Source: Rebecca billardiae RCC1528 (taxonomy: Eukaryota; Protista; Haptophyta). Taken from it: a stretch of 64,000 bases of DNA. Position numbers and translations under genes: made by a program. This document shows, in pieces, positions 24,067 to 34,904 of this stretch (position 1 is its first letter; each line of letters begins with the position of its first letter). The stretch covers positions 1,488,001 to 1,552,000 of the forward strand of contig OZ251235.1 in assembly GCA_965240325.2 (NCBI GenBank), given 5' to 3'. Below the pieces are notes generated by a model. That model saw only the letters and a program-made list of their open reading frames with translations. It searched no databases and was not told the DNA's origin.

Positions 24067-24322
24067 GCTGCTGCCTGCTGCTGCCGCTGGCGTGCGACGC
24101 GCGTCGTCGTAATCACACGCGCAACTCATCGTCGTATATATATAATAATTAATCGTCGCGCATTGACATCGTACGCGTAGTATATATATATATTAACGAC
24201 GTGGTATGCAACGGGCAGGCGTCAAAGTCAGCAAGCTGTAGTGTCAGCAGATCGAGCAGCAGATATAAATATTTATATATCGCGGTATTATTACAGTATA
24301 TTACACTCATCATAGCTATCGT

Positions 24323-24326
<4 letters not shown>

Positions 24327-24381
<55 letters not shown>

Positions 24382-24638
24382 ATGATGATGATGACTACTA
24401 TTCATGCATCAGCGCATATGAATATATATGATCAAAGGCGGCGGCGTACCGCTGCGGTCGGTACTCATTCTATGATTAAACGACACAGGTAGGACGGCGC
24501 AGGTCTCCTGATTCGTCGTCGGCAGTGCCCGATCGTCGACACGAAGTCGGCGTTACTAGTATAGTTAGAGAGAGAGAGAGATTGTATATATTGAGAGAGA
24601 GACGGAGAGAGAGAGAGAGATCGATCGTCGATCGATCG

Positions 24639-24678
<40 letters not shown>
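24327..24678. repeat. (TA)n and (GA)n microsatellites flanking a retroposon end
   Basis: Directly visible. Confidence 0.9.
24463..24552 (-). mobile_element. Truncated terminal copy of the repeat family at 30475 and 32702
   Basis: ATTCTATGATT.AACGACACAGGTAGGACGGCGCAGGTCTCCTGATTCGTCGTCGGCAGTGCCCGATCGTCGAC, near-identical to 32702-32790. Confidence 0.85.
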
Positions 24679-24680
<2 letters not shown>

Positions 24681-24956
24681 ACTGAGTCGCCGGCCGGGCG
24701 CTCGGACCGCTCGTCTGTGAGCTCTGAGTGAGACTCAGTGTGAGGGACTGAGTGGCACCGCCCGCCGCCGGCTCTGTCTGACTGTCAGTCAGGCACCGTC
24801 GTCCGCTGTCACGGCTGTCAGTCCGTGACGGCCCGCGCCCGGCTCGTCAGCGGCGTCTGCATCTGAGCCAGTGGGACTGTGGGACTCTCGGCCGGCCGGC
24901 ACCAGATATTCATATTATCGTATCGGCTCGTACGTTGCTGATGACGATGATCGATC

Positions 24957-26308
24957 TTATGACGACTTATTCGTCGTCTGGCTCGTCTGATGCTGCAAAT
25001 TTGCCTGATCGTTGCCATCGGACTCCACGACACTGCTCGTCCCCGCCTGCCCCGGGCCACCTCTGGAGCCGCCGAGCACGGCAGGAAGCGCCGAGCCATG
25101 ACCGTCTACGGTGTCCGCGGCCGCGCGCGACCATGAAAGGCGCTCTGCGGCTTGGCGCGCGCATCTGTACACGTCCATGTGCGCCTGGACGACTGCGAAC
25201 GCATCCGCTGAGCCCGGAGACATGTCACGTGGGTATCCGCCGCCCATCGTGACGACGACCGGCGCGCCGTGCCGCGCGCAGAGCGAGTAGACCAGGTTGT
25301 TCCGCGCGCGCAGCCCGGCCCGCGTGAGGCGCAGCTTGCCGAAGCGATCGTTGGCCAGGCAGTCGACCCCGGCCTGAAAGAAGACGAGCTGAGGCCGCGT
25401 CCGCCGGAAGAGCGGTGGCAGCGTGTCGCGCAGCGTGGCCATGTACTCGCGGTCGCCGGTGCCCGGTGCCACCTCGATGTCGAGGTCGGAGCTCTCCCTC
25501 GGCGAGAAGTAGTTCGCGCTGCACTGCACGGAGAATGTGAACACGCGAGGCTCGGAGGCGAAGAGTACAGCGTTGCCGTTGCCCTGGTGCTGCGGTCGCG
25601 ACAGGCGCGAGCGATGGTTGGCGCGGACAGCGCGCGTAAGCAGCCGCGCATGCACGCCCCCTGCTGCGCGGCCTGCCGCGCGGCTCCGGCCGGCTGTCGC
25701 GCGCGTACCACGTCCAAGTCGACGACCAGGATGCGTGAGAGCCCAGGCTCCTCAGCGAGCGCGCAGTTGGCCGCGACCGCAATGTCCGAGAAGACGCAGA
25801 AGCCCTCGCCGCGGTCTGCAAAGGCATGGTGGGTGCCGCCCGCGATGTGGCCGCTGACGCGGCGGCTCGCAGAGCCGAGTACTGCCCGCGTCGCCGCGAC
25901 CGTGCCGCCCGTCGACGAGAGCGCACGGTCCACGCCCTGCCGCCCTCGCGGGAAGCCGATCCTGCGATGCTCCATGTCTGTGAGCTGGTCATTCACAAAG
26001 CGGCTGACGTAGTCGGTTGTGTGCGTGGTGGTGAGCTCGGCCATGGTCGCAAGCGGTGATTCCACGAACTCCGCCGCGTCCCCGAGCTCGCGCTGCAGCG
26101 AGACGCGCACCGCCTCGTACTTGTCCATCGGGAATCGGTGCGCGTCCGGCAGGTCGAAGCGGTACACGTCATTGTAGAAGAAGAGCGGCCGCGCGTGGCG
26201 CGACGGTCGCGCCGCGCGCGCTCCGGCTGCATGCGCATGCGCACTTCTCGCGAGGCGTGCGCTGAGCATGGCGGGTAGAAGGAGCGCCAGTCGAGCCGGG
26301 GCCCTCAT
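24957..26308 (-). CDS. Zn-dependent histone deacetylase-family protein (class IV/bacterial-like; intron 25590-25708)
   Basis: HRFPMDKY, GGTHHA, GFCVFSD, VDLDV|HQGNG joined by a GT-AG intron, QAGVD, GGGY. Confidence 0.9.
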
Positions 26309-26845
26309 GCCGGCCGGCCGTGATGCATCGTCGTGTCGACGGCCGGCATCGTCCTGCTGCTTTTACGGGAGATTATTGCGCGACTTTTTCACTTCCACAA
26401 GAAAAAATCTCCGACTACCCCCATAACTCTAATATCACAGCAGTTTACGATGCCATCGTTCCAGAAGGGAGTCGACGGCATGCCGCATGGGGTCGCCGAT
26501 GGCATCTTAGCCATAGCCTTGAAACAGCGCAGCCTCGGTCACAGCAAGGACAGACTCTTCAATTGTCCGACGTCCGTTGTCGTCCGTCGACCGTCGTGGT
26601 CATGTCCGCGAGGGCGCCTGAGTCGGCCGTCCCCGCCGCCGAGGTTTATCGTGCGCACGATTACTACGACGCGCGGCAGCCGGTGAGAAGAGAGAGAAAC
26701 ACATGCGATTCAACGCATCCAGCTGGGGAGTTGCCAGCTCCGCGTGAGCTCCCGCGATGATAGTGGACAGCAGGGCGGCACAACGCTCGGCTCGCGCCGA
26801 CGCACCCGGCGCTGAGCGCGGTCGGCCGCACGGCGGGCGCGGCCC

Positions 26846-28056
26846 CTAGTTGCCCTTGTCGCCGTCCTGATCGCTGGTCCACAGCGTGAGGTTGTCACGC
26901 AGCAGCTGCATGATGAGGGTCGCATCCTTGTACGACTCCTCCTCGAGCGTGTCCAGCTCGGCGATCGCGTCGTCGAACGCTGTACGCGCGATCTCGCATG
27001 CCTGCGTCTCCTCGCCCATCACCTCGAACATGAAGACCGAGTAGTTGAGCGCGAGGCCGAGCCGGATCGGGTGGGTCGGCTGCAGGTCCTTGTCCGCAAC
27101 CGACTTGGCGAGCTCGTACGCCTCGCGGCTGTTCTGCTTCACCGCGCTGTCGTCCTTGAACTCCGCAAGGTACCGGTAGTAGTCGCCCTGCCACACCGCC
27201 GCGGGGCCGGCAGGCCGCGCGCGCACCGCTCGCGCAAGTGAGCAGGCCGGTACGCGCGCGCGCGCCTTTGCGCGGCGCGCGCCCGCGGCGCTCAGCGCGC
27301 CTGCGCGAGCGCTCGCTCGGCGCAGTGCTGAGGCGCACCTTCATCTTGTTGTAGAACACGCGCGCCTCCGGCTGAGCTGCCTTGTCCGCGGCTGGGAGCA
27401 GGCTGTTGCTCAACAGCGCGAGGATGTCCGAGCAGATCTTCTCGAGCTCCTCCTCGATCTGCGGGGTCGAGTGCGTGACGCGACAGCCAGGCGTCGGCCG
27501 GGGCGTCAGTTAGGGCCGGTGCCGCCAAGCTGGCAAGTGCCGCCGCCAGGGGTGGTGGTGGGGCGCGGCGGTGGCTCGCGTGGGCGCGGGGCGGTGCGCG
27601 CCGCTTGCCTTGGCCTTGTAGCTCTTAATCATCACCACGGTGTGCGAGGACGCGTCCTTCTCCTCCTCCTTGCTCAGGATGGAAGAGACGATCCGGAACG
27701 ACGCACGCCGCGCGCCCACGATGTTCTTGTAGGCGACCGAGAGCAGGTTGCGCTGCTCGAGGTTGAGGTCGGGCTTCTCCTCAGCCACCTTCTTCATCGC
27801 CTGCACCTGCGGGGCGCCGGCGAACGCGGGAGACGGCGCGCATCGGCAGGGCGACACAAGAGGTCAGTGGCAAAGAGCAGGCAGCTGGTAGATGACGCGC
27901 GCTCGCTCGCCGCGCAGCTGGCCGGCAGGGTGTGCGTGGTGGGGGAAGAGGCTGGCAAGCGGCGCACGGAGGGCAGCGTGGGCGGACACGGCGTACCATC
28001 TCGTCATAGCGCTCCGCCTGCTCGGCGAGCTTCGCCTGGTACACCGTGTGCTCCAT
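26846..28056 (-). CDS. 14-3-3 protein, 4 exons (introns about 27808-27996, 27459-27608 GC-AG, 27188-27338)
   Basis: [26 protein letters not shown]|[40 protein letters not shown]. Confidence 0.97.
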
Positions 28057-28482
28057 GTGACTGTGAGTTGCCCCCTTCTGCCTGGTCGTTCCGTGCTCGA
28101 CCGCGGCCGAGCGAACCCCGACGCGCCCCCGTCAAGGGCGCGACGAGACGCACGCGAGCACCAGCAGATGCCCATTTCATAAACGGCGTCTTTACCCCGC
28201 GCTACTGATGTGCGCTGAAGTGTGCGGAGATTTCCTCAATCTCCCGGCCCAGATACCAACGGAAGAGCCCGCGGGATGAAAGGCGACGGTCGAAAAATCA
28301 AGGCTAGTACAAGTATCGGTACCCATTGTCAACGGTGCTTTGGTTGTCAATATGTCAAGCGCCCGCGGTTGGAAAATCCCCATATTATTATCTAGCAGAG
28401 TACTACTAACCGTCTCTATGATGACCGGGCCTCGGTCGCCGGGCGCGCAGTGCCTGCTAGTGCCTGCCCGGCACCATCTGCT

Positions 28483-30369
28483 CTACGTGCCAGCAACGTC
28501 AGTGAGGCTGCCGGCCGACATCAGACCTGGCGCGGCTTCCGCCGGCTCCGCCCCGGCGGACACCGCCGCCGCCTCCTCGCAGACGTCGGCGGCGGCTGCG
28601 CGCTCGCGCTCCTCCGCGGCGGCGCGGCGCGCCGCCTCGCGCTTGAGCTGGGCGTTGCGCATGAGGCACTTGTCGACCTGCCCGCGCACGTGCACCTGCC
28701 GCGCGTCGAACGTGAGCTTCGTCACCTGCGTGTTCGCGCCCAGCCCCTCGGCGATCGCCAGCTCGGCTGCGCTCGAGATGGTCACAAACTGGTACGCGAG
28801 CTTCAGCTCGCGCAGCGCGCACGAGCTGGGCGCGCCGCGGAGCAGCCGCGCGAAGGCGAGCATGCCGTCGGAGCCGATCTGGTTGCGCTCGACGTTCAGC
28901 GAGGTGAGCGTGTGCTGCCCGCGCTCGAGCATCCCCACGAGCACCTCCGCCGCCGCGTTGTCCAGCCTCGTGCTCGCCAGCTCGAGCGTGTGCACGGTCG
29001 TGTTGTGCTCAAACGCGCCCAGCAGCCGCGCGCGCTCCTCCGAGCGCAGCGCGGCGATGTCGGCGTGGCCGTTGGCGCGGAAGACGGGCGCCTCGCACTC
29101 GCCGCTGGCAATGCGCGCGTACTCGGCGTCCACGTCGAAGCGCGAGCTCGACGAGACCGACCCCGCATCGCGCGGCGCAGGCGGCGGCGCAAACTTGGGC
29201 GCGGGCGCAGGCACGGGCTCGCGCGGCGCGGGCCGCGGCGACGGGAGCTGCGCACCCGCCGGCGCGGCCTCGGCCGGAGCCGCCGACGCGGCTGAGGCCG
29301 CGCCGCCGCCGCCGTCGAACACCTTGCGGAACCCGCCGGTGAGCTTGCCGATCGCACGCCCGATCCCGCCCGACACCGCCGCCGCCGCGCCCTCGGCCCC
29401 GCCCGCGCCAGCCGCGTCCGCAGCGAGGAACGGCGACTTGAGCGTGCGCGAAGAGCCGCGGAGGGCCGCCATCTCCTTCTGGCGCGCCTCGCGCTGCTTC
29501 TGCGCCCACGCGTCGCCGCCCTCCGGCGGCGGCGTGATGCGCGGCTTGTGCGAGGCGTCGGACGGCCGCCGTGCGGTCGGGCCCGACGACGAGGGCGAAG
29601 CGGCGCTCGGCGAGATCGGAGAAGGCGAGATGGGCGACGCGGCACACGCGCGGGCGGCCGATGCGCGCGCGGGCGTGTGCAGCGCGCCGGCCGCGGGGGG
29701 CGACTGGACGGAGAGGGCCGGCGGCCGAGCGGCACACGCACCGCTCGCTGCCACGGCGGCCTGGCTCCGTACCGCCGCGCGCTGGACGGCGCTCGAGACG
29801 GCGTGCGCAGCGATTCGGCGCGCGGCTGCGACGGCGGCGCCGGTTGTGGCCGCAGCCGCGGGTGGTGTCTGCGCCGTCGGCTTGTTCGCAGGGCGTCGGA
29901 GCCCCGGACGGGACGTGGCGCGCCCAGCACTCGGAGCTGACGCTGCCTGGGCCGGCTGAGCGCACGCGGCGCGCTCGATTGCATTCGAGACCGCGCTGGC
30001 CGCGATGCGCTCCGCCGCCTCGCAGTTGTCGGCCACCGCCGCCGGCGCCGCTGGCTGCCGCAAGCCCGCCTGCCGCAGTGCGTCCTCGATCGCCGAGCGC
30101 ACGATCCGCGAGACGGTCGCGTGCGCGCCACCCACCTCGGTGGCAGACCCAGGACCAGTCTGCACCTGGCCACCACCACCGCCAGCGCCGGCAGCCTTGA
30201 GCGTTGTTGCGTTGTGGATCACCCGAGCCACGAGCGCGCGCACCTCTGTTGCGACAGCAGAGGTGGCGTGCGGCTCGAGGCTCGCCGAGGACGCCCCGCG
30301 GGTGGCGTTGGCGATGACGCGCGCCACGAGCTCGTGCGCGACGCGAGCAGCCGCTGGGTCTGGGCTCAT
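28483..30369 (-). CDS. Protein with a C-terminal tropomodulin-like (RNI-type) LRR cap domain
   Basis: NTTVHTLELASTR, TLTSLNVERNQI, LRELKLAYQ, AELAIAEGL..N..VTKL, LMRN..LKRE. Confidence 0.7.
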   Translation of the reverse strand: MSPDPAAARVAHELVARVIANATRGASSASLEPHATSAVATEVRALVARVIHNATTLKAAGAGGGGGQVQTGPGSATEVGGAHATVSRIVRSAIEDALRQAGLRQPAAPAAVADNCEAAERIAASAVSNAIERAACAQPAQAASAPSAGRATSRPGLRRPANKPTAQTPPAAAATTGAAVAAARRIAAHAVSSAVQRAAVRSQAAVAASGACAARPPALSVQSPPAAGALHTPARASAARACAASPISPSPISPSAASPSSSGPTARRPSDASHKPRITPPPEGGDAWAQKQREARQKEMAALRGSSRTLKSPFLAADAAGAGGAEGAAAAVSGGIGRAIGKLTGGFRKVFDGGGGAASAASAAPAEAAPAGAQLPSPRPAPREPVPAPAPKFAPPPAPRDAGSVSSSSRFDVDAEYARIASGECEAPVFRANGHADIAALRSEERARLLGAFEHNTTVHTLELASTRLDNAAAEVLVGMLERGQHTLTSLNVERNQIGSDGMLAFARLLRGAPSSCALRELKLAYQFVTISSAAELAIAEGLGANTQVTKLTFDARQVHVRGQVDKCLMRNAQLKREAARRAAAEERERAAAADVCEEAAAVSAGAEPAEAAPGLMSAGSLTDVAGT

Positions 30370-30779
30370 CTCGAGCGGCGTCGCAAGTCGGTAAACCCGA
30401 ATCGCGGGCGGGCGTCGTCGGCTGCCCAGCCGCGTGGGTCCAGATTGGGTACAGCAGCCGCCATCATCAGACTAATTCTATGATTTAAAGACACAGGCAC
30501 GAGGGCGCAGCTCTCCTGATTCGTCTGTCGAAGTACTGAATGGAGTTAATGGAGGATGTCGGAGCGCGTTGGCCGCGGGTGAGGGAGTCGTCGTAACCGA
30601 TGCTGATCACACGGTCACTGAGGTAGTAGGCGCCCGGGGATGCCGCTGTTTTGCAGTCGTCGTCGGCCTTGGTCATCATGTAGTTGCCCGTGTCGTCGTC
30701 GTCCGAGGCTGTTCAAGTTGATGCCGTAGTGCAGGTAGTGGATGTGGTCGCCCGGGCCGGTGTGCGCGGCCTAGTGGCC

Positions 30780-30915
30780 TTGCCGAGTTGAGGGAGTAGT
30801 CGCCCTTGCCGTTGAGGAAGTCGTCGTCCTTGCCGTTGAGGAAGTCGTCGCCCTGGCCGCAGAGGAAGTCGTCGCCCTTGCCGTTGAGGAAGTCGTCGTC
30901 CTGGCCGCTGAGGGT
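30780..30915. repeat. 24-bp minisatellite, about 5 copies (CTTGCCGTTGAGGAAGTCGTCG(T/C)C)
   Basis: Directly visible. Confidence 0.9.
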
Positions 30916-30966
30916 GCCTGCGCTGCCCAACCGGGCGCGTCTGGCGCGCCAGCGCCGCGCGCGGCT

Positions 30967-32070
30967 CTACGCCAGCGACTGCGGCGCGGCGGCAGCCAGG
31001 TCACGGGGGGGGTCGCCGAGGGACGCGGTGCGAGCCTGCTTGGCCGGCTTGGCGTCGCTCCCGCCAGCGGAGGAGGGCCCATCCTCCTCCGCCGGCGTGG
31101 ACGGCTCGGTCGCCGCGCGCTTGCCGGCTGCCGCGGCGCCGGGGGGCAGGACCAGGCGGTAGTTGGACTCCCCGAGCGCCGGCCTGGCCTGTTGCACCTC
31201 GGGCCCGTCCGACGGCGCGGCCGCGGTTGGTGGCTGGGGTGGCGGGATGGCATCGTCCGAACCCTCCCCCTCGGGCTCCTCCGCCTCCGGGCCGGCGGGG
31301 TCCGCCGCCTGTTGGTCGGCCGGCTGAGGAGCAGGGCGGCGCGCAGCGGCGGGCGGCGCGGGCGGCACAGGCGGCGCGGGCGGCACGCCCCACAGGTTGT
31401 GTGGGACGCGGGCGGCGCCGGCGATGCGGCGGCTCGGCTTGAGCGGCGCGAAGAAGATGGGGTGCTCGGGGTCGATGGGCATGAAACGCAGGCGGAGGAA
31501 GATCAGGTTCACACCGCCGGAGTAGATGTTGGTCTCGACGTGCTCACCGTTGGTCACGTACTTGTTGATGTCGGGCACGATCTGCTCGTAGAGGGCCCTG
31601 TGAAACTGCACGAGCGTCATCGTGGGGCTAACCGGGAGCGTGAGGGACACGTCCTTCGCCTGGGTTGCGAGGTCGGCCGCCGACAGCGCGAGCATCTCCT
31701 GCGTGAGCTCCGTGGTGCACGCCGTGAGAATGTTCGGCATGCACAGGCTGGTGGCCAGGCGGCGGCAGATGGTCATGTTCTCGAGCACCGAGCCGGTGAA
31801 GGAGAAAACGTGCTTATTGCCTTTGGGGTCCTGGGTGAGTCCTGAGAGCAGTCGCCCGCCTTGCGAGTTGGGCGCCACGTCGCTCAGGCAGCGCGCGCTC
31901 AGCTTGATCATCGTCGTGCACATCTGCTGGCCCGCATCCCGCCTGGCGGTGGGGGTGCTCGGCCGTTCCACCTGCAGCCCGCGCTCGAAGTTGTTGGAAG
32001 AGGGGAAGAAGCTCAAGGCGCTCCTGCTGTTGAGACGGTCGCGGAAAAAGCCGTGCTGGTAAGGGGGCAT
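30967..32070 (-). CDS. Unknown protein (ORF1-like) inside the retroposon: globular N-terminal half, Pro/Ala/acidic tail
   Basis: Intact ORF starting MPPYQHGFFRDRL; no family recognised. Confidence 0.55.
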   Translation of the reverse strand: MPPYQHGFFRDRLNSRSALSFFPSSNNFERGLQVERPSTPTARRDAGQQMCTTMIKLSARCLSDVAPNSQGGRLLSGLTQDPKGNKHVFSFTGSVLENMTICRRLATSLCMPNILTACTTELTQEMLALSAADLATQAKDVSLTLPVSPTMTLVQFHRALYEQIVPDINKYVTNGEHVETNIYSGGVNLIFLRLRFMPIDPEHPIFFAPLKPSRRIAGAARVPHNLWGVPPAPPVPPAPPAAARRPAPQPADQQAADPAGPEAEEPEGEGSDDAIPPPQPPTAAAPSDGPEVQQARPALGESNYRLVLPPGAAAAGKRAATEPSTPAEEDGPSSAGGSDAKPAKQARTASLGDPPRDLAAAAPQSLA

Positions 32071-32696
32071 GGTGGCCGGTGTGGCGGGCGCGGGGCTGCG
32101 GAGGGCCGGGGGGCGGGTGCGGAAGCACTGCGGTGCGAGCGAGGTCGGTGCTGGTGCCAAAGGCATTTCGGCGCGCGGGGTTGAAATCAAATTTCAAAAC
32201 CCAGGTCCGGAGTGGCCCCGCCGGTCCCCCGGACCACGGCGGCCCGTCGTGCGTTTCGGGGGGAGAGGGGTTTGTCGCGAAACGGGCAGGATGGGGAAAA
32301 GGAAAAGGGGGGGGGGGGGGGGGGGGGGGCTCGCGGCCGCCGCGGGGAGGCCGGGACGGGCGCGGTCTCCACCTGAGGGCCGGGCGCTGCTCAGGAAGGA
32401 GGGCGGCCCACACTCCGCGTGTCGCTCCCCAGTGCCTCCGCACAGGCACACCGCAGGTGTTCGCCGTCGTGTCGGGATGAGCATGCGCTTGGCGTCCGCA
32501 CCCGGGGCCAGTCCTTTCATGGTCAGCAAGCAGGCGGGGGGGGGGCGTGCGTGTGCAAGCGCGGGTGGATATGTCGTGTCTGCGATATGCGGAGTGTTGG
32601 ATGCGGGTTGCGCCGGTGCCCCAGGGCACCGGTGAGTGTGTAGCTGTTTCGGGCACGCCTCGCGAACGCGAGGCGCTGGAAGACATGGCCAGACTA

Positions 32697-33400
32697 GACT
32701 CATTCTATGATTTAACGACACAGGTAGGACGGCGCAGGTCTCCTGATTCGTCGTCGGCAGTGCCCGATCGTCGACGACACGAAGTCGGCGCTGGTGGCAG
32801 AGCATAGCCTGAACCGCGATCGAATGGCTTGAGCGCGGCCTTGAGCTGCTGGAGCGCGATCCACCTGCGCTGCGCGGCTCGCATGGACCTGCTGTGCCCC
32901 GAGCGAGGGCGAGGGTGCAGGTCCGGATGTCAGACGGCCGTCTCAGCCGCTGGGCCCTGGCGGGTGATCCGGCGGTGATGTAGTCGTCCCCGTGTGCCCT
33001 GCGCGGCCGCGTGCGCGCTTGCCGCTCTGCTCAGCTGGCTTGCTGGCGGCGGCTGGCGCTGCTGCGGCGTGCAGGGTACGCTTTGCCCCGGACTGCTGCG
33101 CATCCTCGTCGTCCGAGTCGTCGTCCATGGACGAGTCTCGGTCCGCGTGGGGGACAGCAGCTGGAGCAGGCGCAGGTGCTGCGGGCAGAGAGGCCGCCAG
33201 CCGCGCCGCCTTGCGCTCCTGGCGTTTCTCGACGGCGCGCCGCGACGAGGTGCGGCGGCTCGATGGAGATCGAATCCGCCTGCCCTGCGCGTCACGCCGA
33301 GGCCCGCGCTTCCCGCGCCGAGGCTTCTTCTTCCGCTTCTGAGAGTGCTGCTGCTCGCCGTTTGCAGCCTGCACTCCAGTACTTTGCCGCACCTGATTGG
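32697..33400 (-). mobile_element. Second member of the same terminal-repeat family, with a basic/acidic low-complexity ORF (32943-33392)
   Basis: Shared terminus at 32702-32790; ORF contains KRKKKPRRGKRGPRR...DDDSDDED. Confidence 0.5.
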
Positions 33401-33539
33401 CTAATACTTTACCGGTGCGCGACGAGAAATGAGCAGCAGTCGAGTCGCGTCCGTGAAGAACTGGCTGGCGCGCGCTTTGACTATTGAGAATTGAGTATTT
33501 GACAGCATGAGCAGCGCCTCATGAATGACTCAGATGAGA

Positions 33540-34655
33540 CTATGCTGCGTCACCAGAGTCGACGTCGGAATCGTCGTCCTCGGAGAGATCGTCGAGTGGC
33601 GCGCTCCACTTTGACGCGATGCGGCCCTGTGCCGCCTCCGTGCGCGCCACCTTGGCCGGCGCAGCCGCCTGCTCGCCCTCCGAGGGCTCGGCTCCGGCTG
33701 CCTGATCTGAGCTGCCCGCGCGCTTGTGCGTAGGCGTCGCACCCGGCGCCGCGGACGCAGGTGCTGGGGTGGCGGCGGCTGTGGATCGGCGGAGCCCCTC
33801 GTGGAGCGCCTTCTCGACGCGCGAGACCGTCTTCTCCGTGAGCTCGCGGGCCGCGTCCGCCGTGAGCGGCCCGGCGGGCGTCGGAGCGCCCGCGCCCAGC
33901 CCGCCCGCTCGCGCGCTCGGCAGCTCGTCAGCAGCAATCACGCCGCACTCCGTGATGCGCACGCCCGCGCCGCTCGGCACGCCGCTCTCGTCGGTTGGGG
34001 CGCGCTCGACTTCGAGCAGGACGTCCATGCCGCTGCGGACGTGCCCGAACACCACGTGCCGCCCGTCAAACTGCGGCGCCGCGGCGAGGGTGACGAGGAA
34101 GCGCGCCGTCGGCTCGTCCGCGCGCCCGGCTCCGTCGGTCGAGAGCAGGCCCGCGCGCGCGTGGCGCTCGTGCCGGGCGGCCGCGTCGAGCGCGGAGGAG
34201 GACGCCGATGGTAGCGTACGGAGTGCCGAGTCGGCGCCCTCGATGTCCCCGCCGTGAAGCGCGACGCCCTTGGCGATGCGGTGCAGTGCGCTCCCCTTGT
34301 ACCGCAGCGCCATCGGAGCGACCGCGTTTGCAGACGCGCCGAGCCCACCGACGACCATGCGCTCAAAGCTGGCGCACGTGCACGGCGCCGAGTGGGTCCA
34401 GAGCTCGAATACGACGCGTCCCACTGGGCGGGTGCCCATCGACAGGTCGAAAAAAACGAACCGGTTCTGCGTGGCCGCCGCCGCGGCATCGCGCTGCTTG
34501 CGCGCCGCGACATCCTGGGCGATCTGCTTGGCCTCGTCGGAGCCGAGCGGGGTGGCTTGGCCACGCCGCTTCACCCACGGGTTCGTCTTCGCCGAGTGGT
34601 CCGTCGCCCAGCGGTGGTCATTGTAGGCTTTGAACCCTCCGCCATTGCCACCCAT
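33540..34655 (-). CDS. Cyclophilin-type PPIase-like protein (divergent)
   Basis: VFFDLSMG..PVGRVVFELW, YKGSALHRI, GGD, DGRHVVFGHV..GMDVL. Confidence 0.85.
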   Translation of the reverse strand: MGGNGGGFKAYNDHRWATDHSAKTNPWVKRRGQATPLGSDEAKQIAQDVAARKQRDAAAAATQNRFVFFDLSMGTRPVGRVVFELWTHSAPCTCASFERMVVGGLGASANAVAPMALRYKGSALHRIAKGVALHGGDIEGADSALRTLPSASSSALDAAARHERHARAGLLSTDGAGRADEPTARFLVTLAAAPQFDGRHVVFGHVRSGMDVLLEVERAPTDESGVPSGAGVRITECGVIAADELPSARAGGLGAGAPTPAGPLTADAARELTEKTVSRVEKALHEGLRRSTAAATPAPASAAPGATPTHKRAGSSDQAAGAEPSEGEQAAAPAKVARTEAAQGRIASKWSAPLDDLSEDDDSDVDSGDAA

Positions 34656-34904
34656 CCCCGGCCCGCCCGTCGCTCCTCTCGGTCTGGGTCCCCTTCGCTT
34701 TGTGCAGCCTCGCAGGCTCGCACGGTCACACCCGCCCGGTCCGGGCGGGTGCGCACAGAGTCCGGGCCCGGGCGGCCACTCCGGCCACCGCACGACACAG
34801 TCGACAAAGTTCCGGCTCGCGAGCGGGCGTGGGGTGCGCGTCTTCGACAGCCAGCGCAGAGGGCCGCTCGCGAGTGCGCACAGCCTCCTCCGCGTGTCGC
34901 GAAG

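Larger units (their letters stand above)
30475..32689 (-). mobile_element. Putative non-autonomous retroposon (ORF1 only, no RT) with 7-bp TSD CAGACTA
   Basis: CAGACTA at 30468-30474 and 32690-32696; terminus shared with copies at 24463 and 32702; single internal ORF. Confidence 0.6.

Noticed and set aside
21028-24129. 1033-aa antisense ORF and many similar long overlapping ORFs (e.g. 15016-17055, 52295-54205, 61973-63898)
   Set aside because: Shadow ORFs caused by extreme GC and codon bias, lying opposite recognisable genes; Arg/Ala-rich with no motifs.
30780-30915. CRISPR-like array
   Set aside because: Contiguous tandem units with no unique spacers; eukaryotic context; no cas genes.
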